Assembly (NCBI GenBank): GCA_964016885.1
Contig: OZ024740.1
Location: 328,352,001-328,416,000, forward strand
Source: Eledone cirrhosa
Lineage: Eukaryota
Direction of reading: 5' to 3'
DNA: 64,000 nucleotides
Shown here in pieces: positions 53,550 to 64,000 of the stretch. Position numbers and translations under genes: made by a program. The notes under the pieces were generated by a model. It was not told the DNA's origin. It ran no database searches and saw nothing but the letters and a program-made list of their open reading frames with translations. The stretch's first letter is position 1. The number at the start of each line of letters is the position of its first letter.

Positions 53550-54986
53550 ATGGGTACAGGGTCAGCCTCACCCCCCGCCCCCACACCTAATAAAATGGAG
53601 CATCGGCGCCTATGCACCGTGTCTTATCGAACAATTAATATAAAATCGCGCCGAGTGGAACGGGCATCCGAGTCCCAAATCCAAAAAGCTTTGGGACATG
53701 TGTGGGCAAAAAACCCCCACATCAGACGTGGGCAGAAGTATGGAACCGTGGACGTGTTATTTGAAACACCACAGGAGGCTAGAGAACACTCCATGGCCCC
53801 ATTCAGAAGTGACGACTTCACACTCGTCCCAAGCTATTGTGGCCAGAGACTCGTAAAGATCAGGGTCACCCATGTTCCACCGGCCACCGAAATTCCCTTG
53901 CTAATAGCTGCCGTCCTCGCCGGCATCGAAGCCAACACCAAGATAATCGAAATAGCGAAAGAAAAGCAGGAGAACTGGTCCGGATCTGGGATGGAGCTCC
54001 TGATCCAAGCGGACCAAAAAAGCATTGAGGAGATCCCAGAGGTAATAGATCTCACTGACAGCAGCCACCTCACCGTAATTGTCGAGGGCAGAAGGCCTAG
54101 GTGTGTCGTTTGTGGTGAAGGAACCCACCTAAGGGCTTTCTGCCCTCAGGCTAAAAGGTTGAGGCCACCTCTCCTACCCACCCCAGTGACTCAACCATCA
54201 ACACCGCCAGCAGCAGAGATGGCAGCAACAACTGTAGCAGCAACAACAGAAGCAACTGTAGCAGCAACAACCACAGCAACAGTAGCAAAACCAACACCTC
54301 CACCACCCAACGCGCCAGAACTAGCACCAGCGCCTACACCATCCCCCACGCCACAACCAAAACCAACGCCTGGGGAGGACTTTCCACTCCCCGGCCTATC
54401 ACAATTGGAGACAGATTGTGACGACGAGGAGTGGGAAACGGTATCAGGAAAAAAGAAAAAAAGAAACCAAAACAGAAAAAATTCTCTTCCTTCCCCCTCC
54501 AAAAACAAAATACAGAGGGAAACAAATAAACTATCAAACAAAAAAGTTAGGACATATATGCCACCATCCACACCAGCATCACCAACCCCATCACCCCAAA
54601 CACCAACACCATCACCATCATTAACCCCAAAACCACTATCACCTACACCACAAAAGTCACCTAAAAGCGAAACAGAAACAAACCCACAACAAACACAAAC
54701 AAAACAAAACAACCAAAACGATACACACTACACAGCATTAAATTTGAACAACAACCAATTATTACACTACATCCAACACAACACCAGCATCACAGAAAAA
54801 GACTATACAACAACCCAAAAGTTCACACCACCTCCACACATGCAAATCACCCGCATCACACAGAAAACGTACATGACACTAAAACAAAAATTCCCCGAAG
54901 TCATCGGAGACTTCCGACAAGCACTCTCCAGGAGGATTTATAAGGACATCCTTCCTGAGGAGGCCACAAGCACTGAAAAGGATTGA
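53550..54986 (+). CDS. LINE ORF1 protein, main open segment (N-terminus frameshifted)
   Basis: Zinc knuckle CVVCGEGTHLRAFC, P/T-rich linker, WETVSGKKKKR; homologous to 45001-46250. Confidence 0.7.
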   Translation: MGTGSASPPAPTPNKMEHRRLCTVSYRTINIKSRRVERASESQIQKALGHVWAKNPHIRRGQKYGTVDVLFETPQEAREHSMAPFRSDDFTLVPSYCGQRLVKIRVTHVPPATEIPLLIAAVLAGIEANTKIIEIAKEKQENWSGSGMELLIQADQKSIEEIPEVIDLTDSSHLTVIVEGRRPRCVVCGEGTHLRAFCPQAKRLRPPLLPTPVTQPSTPPAAEMAATTVAATTEATVAATTTATVAKPTPPPPNAPELAPAPTPSPTPQPKPTPGEDFPLPGLSQLETDCDDEEWETVSGKKKKRNQNRKNSLPSPSKNKIQRETNKLSNKKVRTYMPPSTPASPTPSPQTPTPSPSLTPKPLSPTPQKSPKSETETNPQQTQTKQNNQNDTHYTALNLNNNQLLHYIQHNTSITEKDYTTTQKFTPPPHMQITRITQKTYMTLKQKFPEVIGDFRQALSRRIYKDILPEEATSTEKD

Positions 54987-55053
54987 GAAACCGTCCTTCC
55001 TCTACGATAAGTAAGGTAAGTGGTCTTTCACATCTTTTCCACTTCATTTCAAC

Positions 55054-58000
55054 ATGATCTCACTCAGAATAGGTAGCATAAATGCGCGTGGCTTGGGATC
55101 GTCATGGAAGCAGGGCCACCTGCTCAACGACCTCAGGTTACTAAACATAGATGTAGTGGCCATCAGCGAGACCAGAATCTCCGAAGCACGGGCCTTCGCA
55201 CCGATCTTCGGCGGCTACGATGTGCACGCATCTCCCAGCCGTCCGGGATCGGGGGGAGGAGTTGCTGTACTTTTTCGGAGAGGTTTGGATCTCGCCATAC
55301 GAGCCATCTTCCTGGACCCAGAAGGTAAGTTGGTGGTGCTGGACGTGACCAGCGGAGACGGGCAAGCTTTCAGGCTAGTGGCCGTCTATGCCCCGACAGG
55401 AGCAGGGCGGCCTGATTTCTTCCGGCGTCTGGAAACCTTTCTTGGAACGTCCCGTTCTTTAGTGTTAGTGGGCGACTGGAACGGGATCTTAGATACACGC
55501 TGGGACTGTGTGGGATGAGCGGATACGGGAGGAGGGTGCAAGAGTCTCACCAACCTGCTCAGGCGTTTTGAACTGTCTGACAGGTACCGATTGGATTTCC
55601 CGAATGTGCCAATGTGGACTTGGACAAATTGCATAGGGTCATCCAGATCATATCTAGATAGAGTATTTTGTAGGGAAATAGATAGGTCTAGCATAGGCTG
55701 TCCACAATTCAAGATAGTCAGCTACACGGACCACAAATTCGTGATCTGTGTGCTTGACTTAGATAGGCTTCATAGACGAGGACCCGGCTACTGGAAGCTA
55801 AACGCGTCCTTACCAGCGCGCAAGGCCTACAGAGACAGGATTAGCGAACTAGTTAAGTGGGCGTTGGCGGGGGCCATCGTTAACAACAAGTGGTGGTTTG
55901 CTCTGAAAAGAGCAATTAGAATAGAGTCCATTAGGTTTAGTAAGGCTTTAGCAATAGAGAAAAATAGAGCAGAGGGAGAATTAGTTAGAAAATTAGACGA
56001 GGTGCTTAGCAAAGGCATCCTCAACGGACTGCCGCGGCTCTCGGCCACGGAGGCGGAGTGTTGCGAAAAGCCGATAACAGCCGCTGAAATACGGAAGGCA
56101 ATGACTGGCTGCACAAGGGGTAAATCGCCTGGTTTGGATGGTCTGCCCTATGAACTTTACGTACAAATGCCTGACTTGTTCGGAGGCCTCTTGGCGGACG
56201 TCTACTGCAACTGGCAACAGAACGGGAGAATTCCCAGCTCTGTGAGCCGAGGAACTGTGGCGCTGCTGAGAAAGGATCCGAACAAGGGGGATAACATAGA
56301 TAATTTCCGGCCCATAACTCTGCTAAACACAGAGTTCAAGATTTTGGCCAAGGTGCTAGCAAAGAGGTTGGCGCTTGTCGTTGGTGGTCTGGTGGGAGAG
56401 GCGCAGACATGCGCCATTCCCGACAGATCCATCCACCACAACCTCTACCTCATGCGATACATCGTAGAGAGGGTAACTAGGGAACCTGGCACGGGTGGGT
56501 CCTTGATTAATTTAGATCAGTCGAAAGCTTTCGATAGGGTCGACCATCGTTACCTAGCGGCAGTCCTGAGGGCGGCTGGCTTTGGGCCCGTCTTCAGAGG
56601 CTGGATCGCTGCCATGCACAGCGACATCTGCTCTGTGGTGAGAGTGAACGGTCACCTTTCGGAACTGTTCAACATCATGCGCTCGGTCCGCCAAGGATGT
56701 CCCCTCTCGTCCCTCTTGTACGTATTGACTCTCTAGCCACTACTGCACAAACTGGAGACGTTGAGGGGGGTCCCGCGCGAACTAGGATGCGGAAGATCCG
56801 TGTCAGCATCGAGGCGATCGGCACTACACTAAGAGAATACGAAGCGGTGACAGGAGCAATGATCAACCAGGAAAAGTAAGTGCGCCTGCAGCTCGGCACC
56901 TGGAGAGGCAGGTCCATGCCGTCCAACAGCGTCGCCGCGCGCTGGACGGACGGACCGGTTAAATTGCTAGGGGTCTGGTTCGGTCCGGACCTCCAGACGG
57001 ACAAAAACTGGGACGAGGTGACGAGCAGGGTGGCTTCTCTCACCCAGAAATGGGCGGAGAGGAAGCTATCCCTGAAAGGTCGAGCGGAGGTGGTTAACGC
57101 GTACATCGCGTCCGTCATCTATTAACGCCTGACCGTCGTACCTTGTCCCAAGCCCCGCCTGACTGCGCTGGAGCGTTTGCTCTTTCGCCTTTTGTGGAAG
57201 GGACGCGCCTCGATGGTCAGGCAGTCCATCTGCTGTCAACACCCGCTACGTGGAGGGCTGGGCATGCTGTGGCTGATGATGCGCAGACACGCGCTTAGGC
57301 TACGGCATCTCCACCTCTTCCTCGACGGTGATCAGGTGTGGTCGCCGTTTGCTAGACACGTCTTTCCCCAGCTCGTCTCCTTGACGGAGCTGATGTCCTG
57401 GGTCAAGCGAAGACCGAGAGGGAGCGCTTGGAGACTGGAATGTCTTCAGGCATCCACAGCCCTCGACCAATGGGGCAATGTGATCGGTGGAAACTCCACC
57501 TTGGCGTTCTATAGAGGATTAGTGGAGGGGAAGAGCGACGGCGTACTTGGAGAAACTCTAGGCGTCGACGAAAATCAACTAGCCAATCTCTTCGGTAGGA
57601 CTTTCGGGCCGGGGCTTATGGACAATTTCCAGAAATCCCTGGCCTGGCAGTGCTACCGAGGAGCTTTGCCAGTTCGGGATAAACTCTACAGGGATGGAGG
57701 TGCCGTCAACCGGGCATGTCCTAGATGCGCGCAGGGCGACGAAACCGTCCTGCACGCACTCGTCCAGTGTCCGAGCATTGCTGACTTTGGGTTTATGTCG
57801 AACACCTGCTGTCACGTGTAGGACGAATCCAGCTATCAGCTGAGTCCATCGTGAGGATTGCCCCGCTCTCTTCCTTTAGCCGGGAAGGGCAGGCAGTTTT
57901 TATCTGTCTGGTGGCCATGGCGAAAGAGATAGTATGGTGGACACGTTTGAAAGGGCTGAGGACGAGCACTTACCTCTTCGGTGATGCCCTGATTAACCTT

Positions 58001-58132
58001 TTCAAATTTCAATTGAAAAGGAAAATCAGGGTAGAGAGGGAAGTGCTCTCTTCCCAGCATTTTGTTGAAAGATGGGTGAGAGAAGCAAGTATGGCCCGTG
58101 TGAATGGGCCTACTCTGAGTATGTGTCTGTAA
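55054..58132 (+). pseudogene. LINE ORF2 (APE + RT + zinc finger) with stops and deletions
   Basis: SINARGL, VYAP, GDWN, LDR, DH, SPGLDG, RPITLLN, DQSKAFDRVDH, RQGCPLS; YADD region missing near 56805. Confidence 0.9.
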
Positions 58133-58381
58133 ATTAAAGGTGGAAAACTGGGAGAGGGCACTTGCCCTGGTGGTGAGGGTCACTGTGGCCTTTTAATGGG
58201 CTTTCTCCACAAATGTCTCTCGGAAGTCTCCCCCCTATTGGGGAATTTTTTCTTTGTTCTATTATTACATTCTCTGTTTCATGTTTTTTACACGCAGAAA
58301 TGCCCATTTGTACCGCCCTGTATTGTCCTGTACTATCCTTAATGTCTACTTTATGTAAACCCTTGTGGTTAATAAAGAAAT

Positions 58382-58443
<62 letters not shown>

Positions 58444-58692
58444 TTATTATTATTATTATTCGGTATAACCCATATTTACATTTCTTCCGTTATTTTATTC
58501 AATTTGTTTTATTCCAGCATATCACACATCCCGCCCTCTCTACACTATACCGTGATATTTTGCAGAATATATTGGATCAGTGACAGAAAAATATATTTTA
58601 GTGTTTCAAGTTAGGGCGGGCGTAGAAATTACAATTTCCCTTGGTGCTATATGCAGCTGTGGTTTATGAAATATATACATTCAATCATTGTG

Positions 58693-58792
<100 letters not shown>

Positions 58793-58982
58793 TATGTACG
58801 TATAAATGCATGAAGGTCGGTTTAAAAGTTCATAGGTTGACCAAGATACTCTCATGGAAAGATCAAATTCAGTTATTAATAAGAAAAGTTGAAATTAATG
58901 CATGCAGGATTTCACAACTCTAGCATCACTCCTTTATAAACTGTTGTTGAACGTTTCAGCACATCCTCGTTTGTATGTATGC

Positions 58983-59030
<48 letters not shown>

Positions 59031-59085
59031 GGATCTAGCTGTCGAAACGGCCGGAGCTCAGCCGTCGGGGTCCTGACCCCTTTAT

Positions 59086-59089
<4 letters not shown>
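59031..59089 (+). mobile_element. Family A fragment
   Basis: gtcgaaacggccggagctcagccgtcggggtcc between (TA)n. Confidence 0.65.
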
Positions 59090-59124
<35 letters not shown>

Positions 59125-59267
59125 TTTTTTCCGTTGTGTTGTAATATAAATATTACACACAGTAGATTATCAGCTCACGTAGAGTTTGCTCGACGGTTCC
59201 AGTTGTAGTTCCAAAAGTAATCCGGAGAAAAATAGAAAGATTTGAATGGATACAGTTTAGTTGAAAG

Positions 59268-59318
<51 letters not shown>

Positions 59319-59336
59319 GAGCGTGCAAGCGAGAGA

Positions 59337-59387
<51 letters not shown>

Positions 59388-59727
59388 AGTGAGATAACAG
59401 TGTAAGTTGAAGAAATCTACCTACGTTGATGTATATGTGCATGCATGTATCAACTTAAGTGTGTATGTTTCAGTCCATATATATACATATATTTACGTAT
59501 GCATTAGTAAAACATGTATGCCAGAAAATCATATAAGCATTAAAAACATTATCTAGTAATACTGATCTCAAATTTTCTTTTACTATTACGCAATTCTGCG
59601 ATGAAGAGAATTTAAAAGACTAAACACAAAACACAAACACATAGATATTCTCTATTGCATATTTATACATATGTTCTCCCACGCAAACATTGATCCATAT
59701 ATGATAGACATACTCACACATATATAT

Positions 59728-59810
<83 letters not shown>

Positions 59811-60299
59811 TATATATATATATATATAAATATATATATATGTATATATATACACCTACGTATGTGTATGTATATATGTGTTTTGAGCTGATGCTCGCTA
59901 AAATACTTTTCATTTGATATATTCCTTTTCTTATTGAAAATCTTTTTTGCAGACATTTCCCAACTGGTATACGGATAATAATCAAAAGGAAAACAAATCT
60001 TTTGAAAACAAAATGGGAATATCAGTTTTAAATAATGTTATGAAATGGTAGACTTACACATTTACATTCAAACATACCCACAGACACACAATCAAATCGT
60101 ACGCACACATACTCGCATACATATGAGTACACACATCACTTATACAATTATTTGTATGTGTATTTAAACGGACATATTCAATTATTCACGTTGCATATAT
60201 ACTCACAAAACCTGAAATTTACTTCGATGTTATATATGAATAGAACTCACAAAATTAAGTTCTTGTCTGAATATGTCACTATCTGTAAACCAACTTTTG

Positions 60300-60360
60300 T
60301 ATTTTAACTGATGAGGGCGTACCAAAATGTTGGTACCCTTGAAATATATATAATAAAATA
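60300..60360 (+). ncRNA. Family B hammerhead variant with longer helix II
   Basis: CTGATGA-gggcgtacc aaaatgtt ggtaccctt-GAA-ATATATAT-A^ataaa; flanks match 16985-17070. Confidence 0.6.
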
Positions 60361-60437
60361 AATATGGTTTTATAAAGATAGCCTCCATTTATTAATATTA
60401 TTAATATTATTATTATTATTGATATATATATATATAT

Positions 60438-61373
60438 ATAAAAGGGTATGGATATTCCAACAGGCACTAGGTACCTACATAAATATGCATGGTGTCTATA
60501 ATAGTTGTGGTTCGATGGTACTATAAAAATGAGCGGAGCAAGCAATTATCAAACAATCTTTTAAATAAATTAAAAAACGATTTAAATATTCACCTGTTCT
60601 ATTGCTGTTACCGACGGTTTTACTAATCAAAAGATTGGAAATCCAGAGAATTTCCAATGGAAAGAATTAGATATTCAGACAGCTATTTCCATACCATAAG
60701 GGTGCAAATCTCATAGTAAGTCAATATTTCGCTTATTGCCCGACGCATGCGGTCAAGCCGTTGAAGTGTCGCTTTCCATTGGAAATTCTCTGGATTTCCA
60801 ATCTTTTGATTAGTGAAACCGTCGGTAACAACAATAGAACAGGTGAATATTTAAATCGTTTTTTAATTTATTTAAAAGATTGTTTGATAATTGCCTGCTC
60901 CGCTCATTTTTATAGTTTTGGTATCTCAAATTAGTACCATCGAACCACAACTATTATAAACACCATGCATATTTCTGTAGGTACCTAGTGCCTGTTGGAA
61001 TATCCATACCCTTTTATAATTTTTCTCCTTATGTAGAGAACAAAACGTTGTATCGAGCTGCTATTTTTAGTGGCATGATCAGCAAGTTTATAATAACCCG
61101 CTTTTACTTGTGGCCTAATTTTGCGTGTGCGTCACTTCAACAGCTTGACCGCATGCATCGGGCAGTAAGCGAAATATTGACTTACTATGAGGTTTGCACC
61201 CTTATGGTATGGAAATAGCTGTCTGAAGATCTAATTCTTTCCATTGGAAATTCTCTGGATTTCCAATCTTTTGATTAGTGAAACCGTCGGTAACAGCAAT
61301 AGAACAGGTGAATATTTAAATCGTTTTTTAATTTATTTAAAAGATTGTTTGATAATTACTTGCTCCGCTCATT

Positions 61374-61376
<3 letters not shown>
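60438..61376 (+). mobile_element. Retrozyme-like element: inverted segment plus 465-nt tandem monomer, in (TA)n
   Basis: Inverted part ~60438-60773; direct part 60774-61376 with predicted cleavage sites after 60827 and 61292. Confidence 0.8.
61218..61297 (+). ncRNA. Type I hammerhead with extended helix II
   Basis: gctgt-CTGAAGA-t ctaat..[ttggaaat/atttccaa hairpin]..attag t-GAA-ACCG t CGGT-A^acagc; mutated inverted copy at 60604-60683. Confidence 0.8.
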
Positions 61377-61404
<28 letters not shown>

Positions 61405-61422
61405 CATTATTTAATATAGAAA

Positions 61423-61770
61423 GGGGCGGTTGATTGGCGGTATCGGTAGAGGGTCGGACGCCATGCTTTGACGCATTGAGTTACTGCCCTTGCCATTCTG
61501 AGTTGAAATCCCGCCGAGGTTAACTTTGTAACTTTGTGATACTTAATAAAATCAGTTTATTGCAGCACATTCTATCGCATTTTTTTTTAGATTGGCAGTA
61601 TCGGTAGAGGGTCGGACGCCATGCTTTCCAGCATAGTTACGTCCCTTTACGATCTGAGTTCAAATCCCGCCGAGGTTGACTTTGCCTTTCATCCTTACGG
61701 GGTCGATAAAATAAAGTACCAGTAATATACTGGATATTTGCTGGCTTTGTGCCAAAAGTAAAAACAATTA
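61423..61770 (+). mobile_element. Compound SINE (partial head + spacer + second copy) in one TSD
   Basis: attatttaatatagaaa at 61406-61422 and 61767-61783. Confidence 0.8.
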
Positions 61771-62460
61771 TTTAATATAGAAATGGCTTCTACAGGACAA
61801 CCGCATCAAGGGGCGCACAGAACAAAGTCTGCGGTTGGTTCAATTTAATGCAATGCACATTGGGACGCAACAAAACGGGTAGACACGGGACAAGTTGTGT
61901 CTTTTGGTGAATTACACAGATAAAGATGAAAAAATAAATGCTACAAACTAAAGTGCGTGAACTGAAATAGTACAGAAAGGGTGCGCCGTAATTACGAACC
62001 TATTAATGAGATGTATGAGGATATCTGTGCAGCAATAACTAACTTTATATATAGTGGTTTACATGTTTCATTAGTATTAGCAAGCTTCTATTGAAGGGGA
62101 GTTTTTCCTTAAATTCATTGGAGGATATTCTTCAAGAAGGCAAGAGGAATGTGGGTTGCCTATGAATTGCCCTTTAATACAGAAGGTTATGAAGGAATGA
62201 AGGACAGTCTACATAGAGGAGTTGTTACTGGAGGCGACAGAAATAAGTCATTGGTGTATAGAAGGTATAAAGTGAGGGACAAAACTGAACAATAATGTAT
62301 ACAACGGATGATTGTATTGTTTTCAATGTTTATTATTTTGAGTGTATAAGAATGGTGTCATTATTATTCTTTAGTTGAGAAAGACAAGCAGTTATCTGCT
62401 TGGTGTCCATGACAAAAGAAGTCATGTGATTGACGTACATTCCACTTCGGGGGGAGCCCT

Positions 62461-62830
62461 GAGTAACCTTTTAGGGTTTCACTTGAAGAGGGAAATTAAG
62501 GTGAAGAGTGGGTGAGAGTGACGACCATAGCCGAAATAAATGTGTCTGTTCCGAATGTACGGATGTAGATTGGGGGAGAACAACTGTGAGGGGGCACTTG
62601 CCCTAGCGGTCAAGGTGAGCGTGGACTTCTGTAGGGTTCCTCTATGAGTAACACTCGGAGGTCTTCCTATTGTGGGGAAATTTGTTTTGTTTGATTGTTT
62701 TAAATGTTATTTTTGTTATAACGTATTTTTACGCATAAAAATTCAGACTGTATATTCTTGTACCGTCCTTAATATTTGCTTAACGTCAGGCCTAACGTGT
62801 GCCTAATAAAGAAACCACTATTATTATTGT
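62461..62830 (+). mobile_element. Tx1-like LINE 3' remnant
   Basis: Homologous to 48120-48512 (tttcacttgaagagg; gggcacttgccct; aataaagaaacc). Confidence 0.75.
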
Positions 62831-63345
62831 TATTGTTGTTGTTGTTAGTCCTGGGGTCTTGTTTATGTATTTCTCTGAGTGATTTCTTTTATCATTCCCA
62901 GAGCCCCTACTATTGTAGGAATTGTTTGTTTTCACCATCCACATTCGGGTTATTTCAATCTCCAAATCTTTATATTTGGACAATTTCTCCATATGAGGAT
63001 TGATACATCAATCATAGAGTGTTTCTTTTCTTTGTGATCCTTGACTACAATATCTTGTCAGTTGGCTTTGATATTCCTGTTTGTATATATTGGCATATCC
63101 CAGAGTATGGCTTCTTTATTATCATCTGACACCTTTTCTAGTACATGTCTGTACCACCTTTTTTCTCTTGGTATTTTGTAGTGTTGCCACAAACGTCAGT
63201 GTCTGTAAATCCCAACTCTATCATATCTATGTATATATTATTTTTTGGTTAAGACTGGACAGCCTAAGACAATATGAGTAATTGCTTCTTATCCATCTCC
63301 TCATATTCAGAAGTTCCTGTCTTCTAAATCATGATGTACTTTTGT
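62830..63345 (-). mobile_element. R4/Dong-like 3' remnant
   Basis: Minus translation EKLSKYKDLEIEITRMW. Confidence 0.65.
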
Positions 63346-64000
63346 TAGTTTCTGTCGGGCAGGCTTTGATCATGTTTGTACTGCCCTGTACTGTATTTAA
63401 TGTACTTTTTGTAAACCCTTTGTAGTTAATAAAGAAATTATTATTATTCAATCATTCATTCTCGACATTTTATAGACGATAATGATGCCGTGTACTTTGC
63501 ATCTTTAACTGTTTGGCTATTTTGGGTGGATACAATATGGAACATATGTACACACACACAGATGCGTTCTAACGAATGTGTGTGTTTTATATGTGCCTCT
63601 GTGTATGTGCGTGCGAGTGTATGTGTGTGTGTGTATACCTTTGTAAATTTGGCGTTATAATTGTGTTATATTGAAAACTACACTATCCTTCTTTGTCATC
63701 CAAAAGAGCCGGGAAAAGCTTTGATCATAACACGTTATATACACATACATACATACACATACACAAACACACTTATACGCACACACACACACACGCATAT
63801 ATACACATAAACACACAAAAAATCACGCCTGTGTGTATTTGTGTACAGGCATGTGTGAAGATGCCCAACAAATTTGTGTCTAAAACAAAAGTAATGATAA
63901 ATATGCTTTGTATGAATACTTTACGCCTGAATCATTTAAGGAAGATTATTTGTATATTAAATAATAGATAAAACGTTTCCGCGAAGACATTACATTTCGG

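Larger units (their letters stand above)
52844..58460 (+). mobile_element. L1/Tx1-like LINE within (TTA)n
   Basis: (TTA)n at 52788-52843 and 58383-58460; two-ORF layout; AATAAA at 58371. Confidence 0.9.

Overview
AT-rich, microsatellite-dense animal DNA; the repeat style suggests an octopus/cephalopod (inference). I found no supportable host gene, rRNA, tRNA gene or CRISPR array, and most track ORFs are microsatellite translations. The window is almost entirely retroelements: a frameshifted Penelope-like element (PLE; RT + GIY-YIG, 39.6-44.0 kb, minus), two L1/Tx1-like LINEs in (ATT)n tracts, a near-full R4/Dong-like RLE LINE nested in a Tx1 tail, tRNA-derived SINEs, non-autonomous Helitrons and LINE remnants. 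The main hidden signal is a set of about 10 unrelated families of type I hammerhead ribozyme (HHR) motifs that I folded by eye. They sit in non-coding elements inserted in (TA)n microsatellites, either as tandem 465-481 nt monomers (retrozyme-like) or as fold-back palindromes with a fixed one-sided tail. Several carry recurrent non-canonical features: a U.U mismatch closing helix II, a U3-A8 compensated core, long helix II inserts and palindromic helix III. Ribozyme activity is inferred, not shown.
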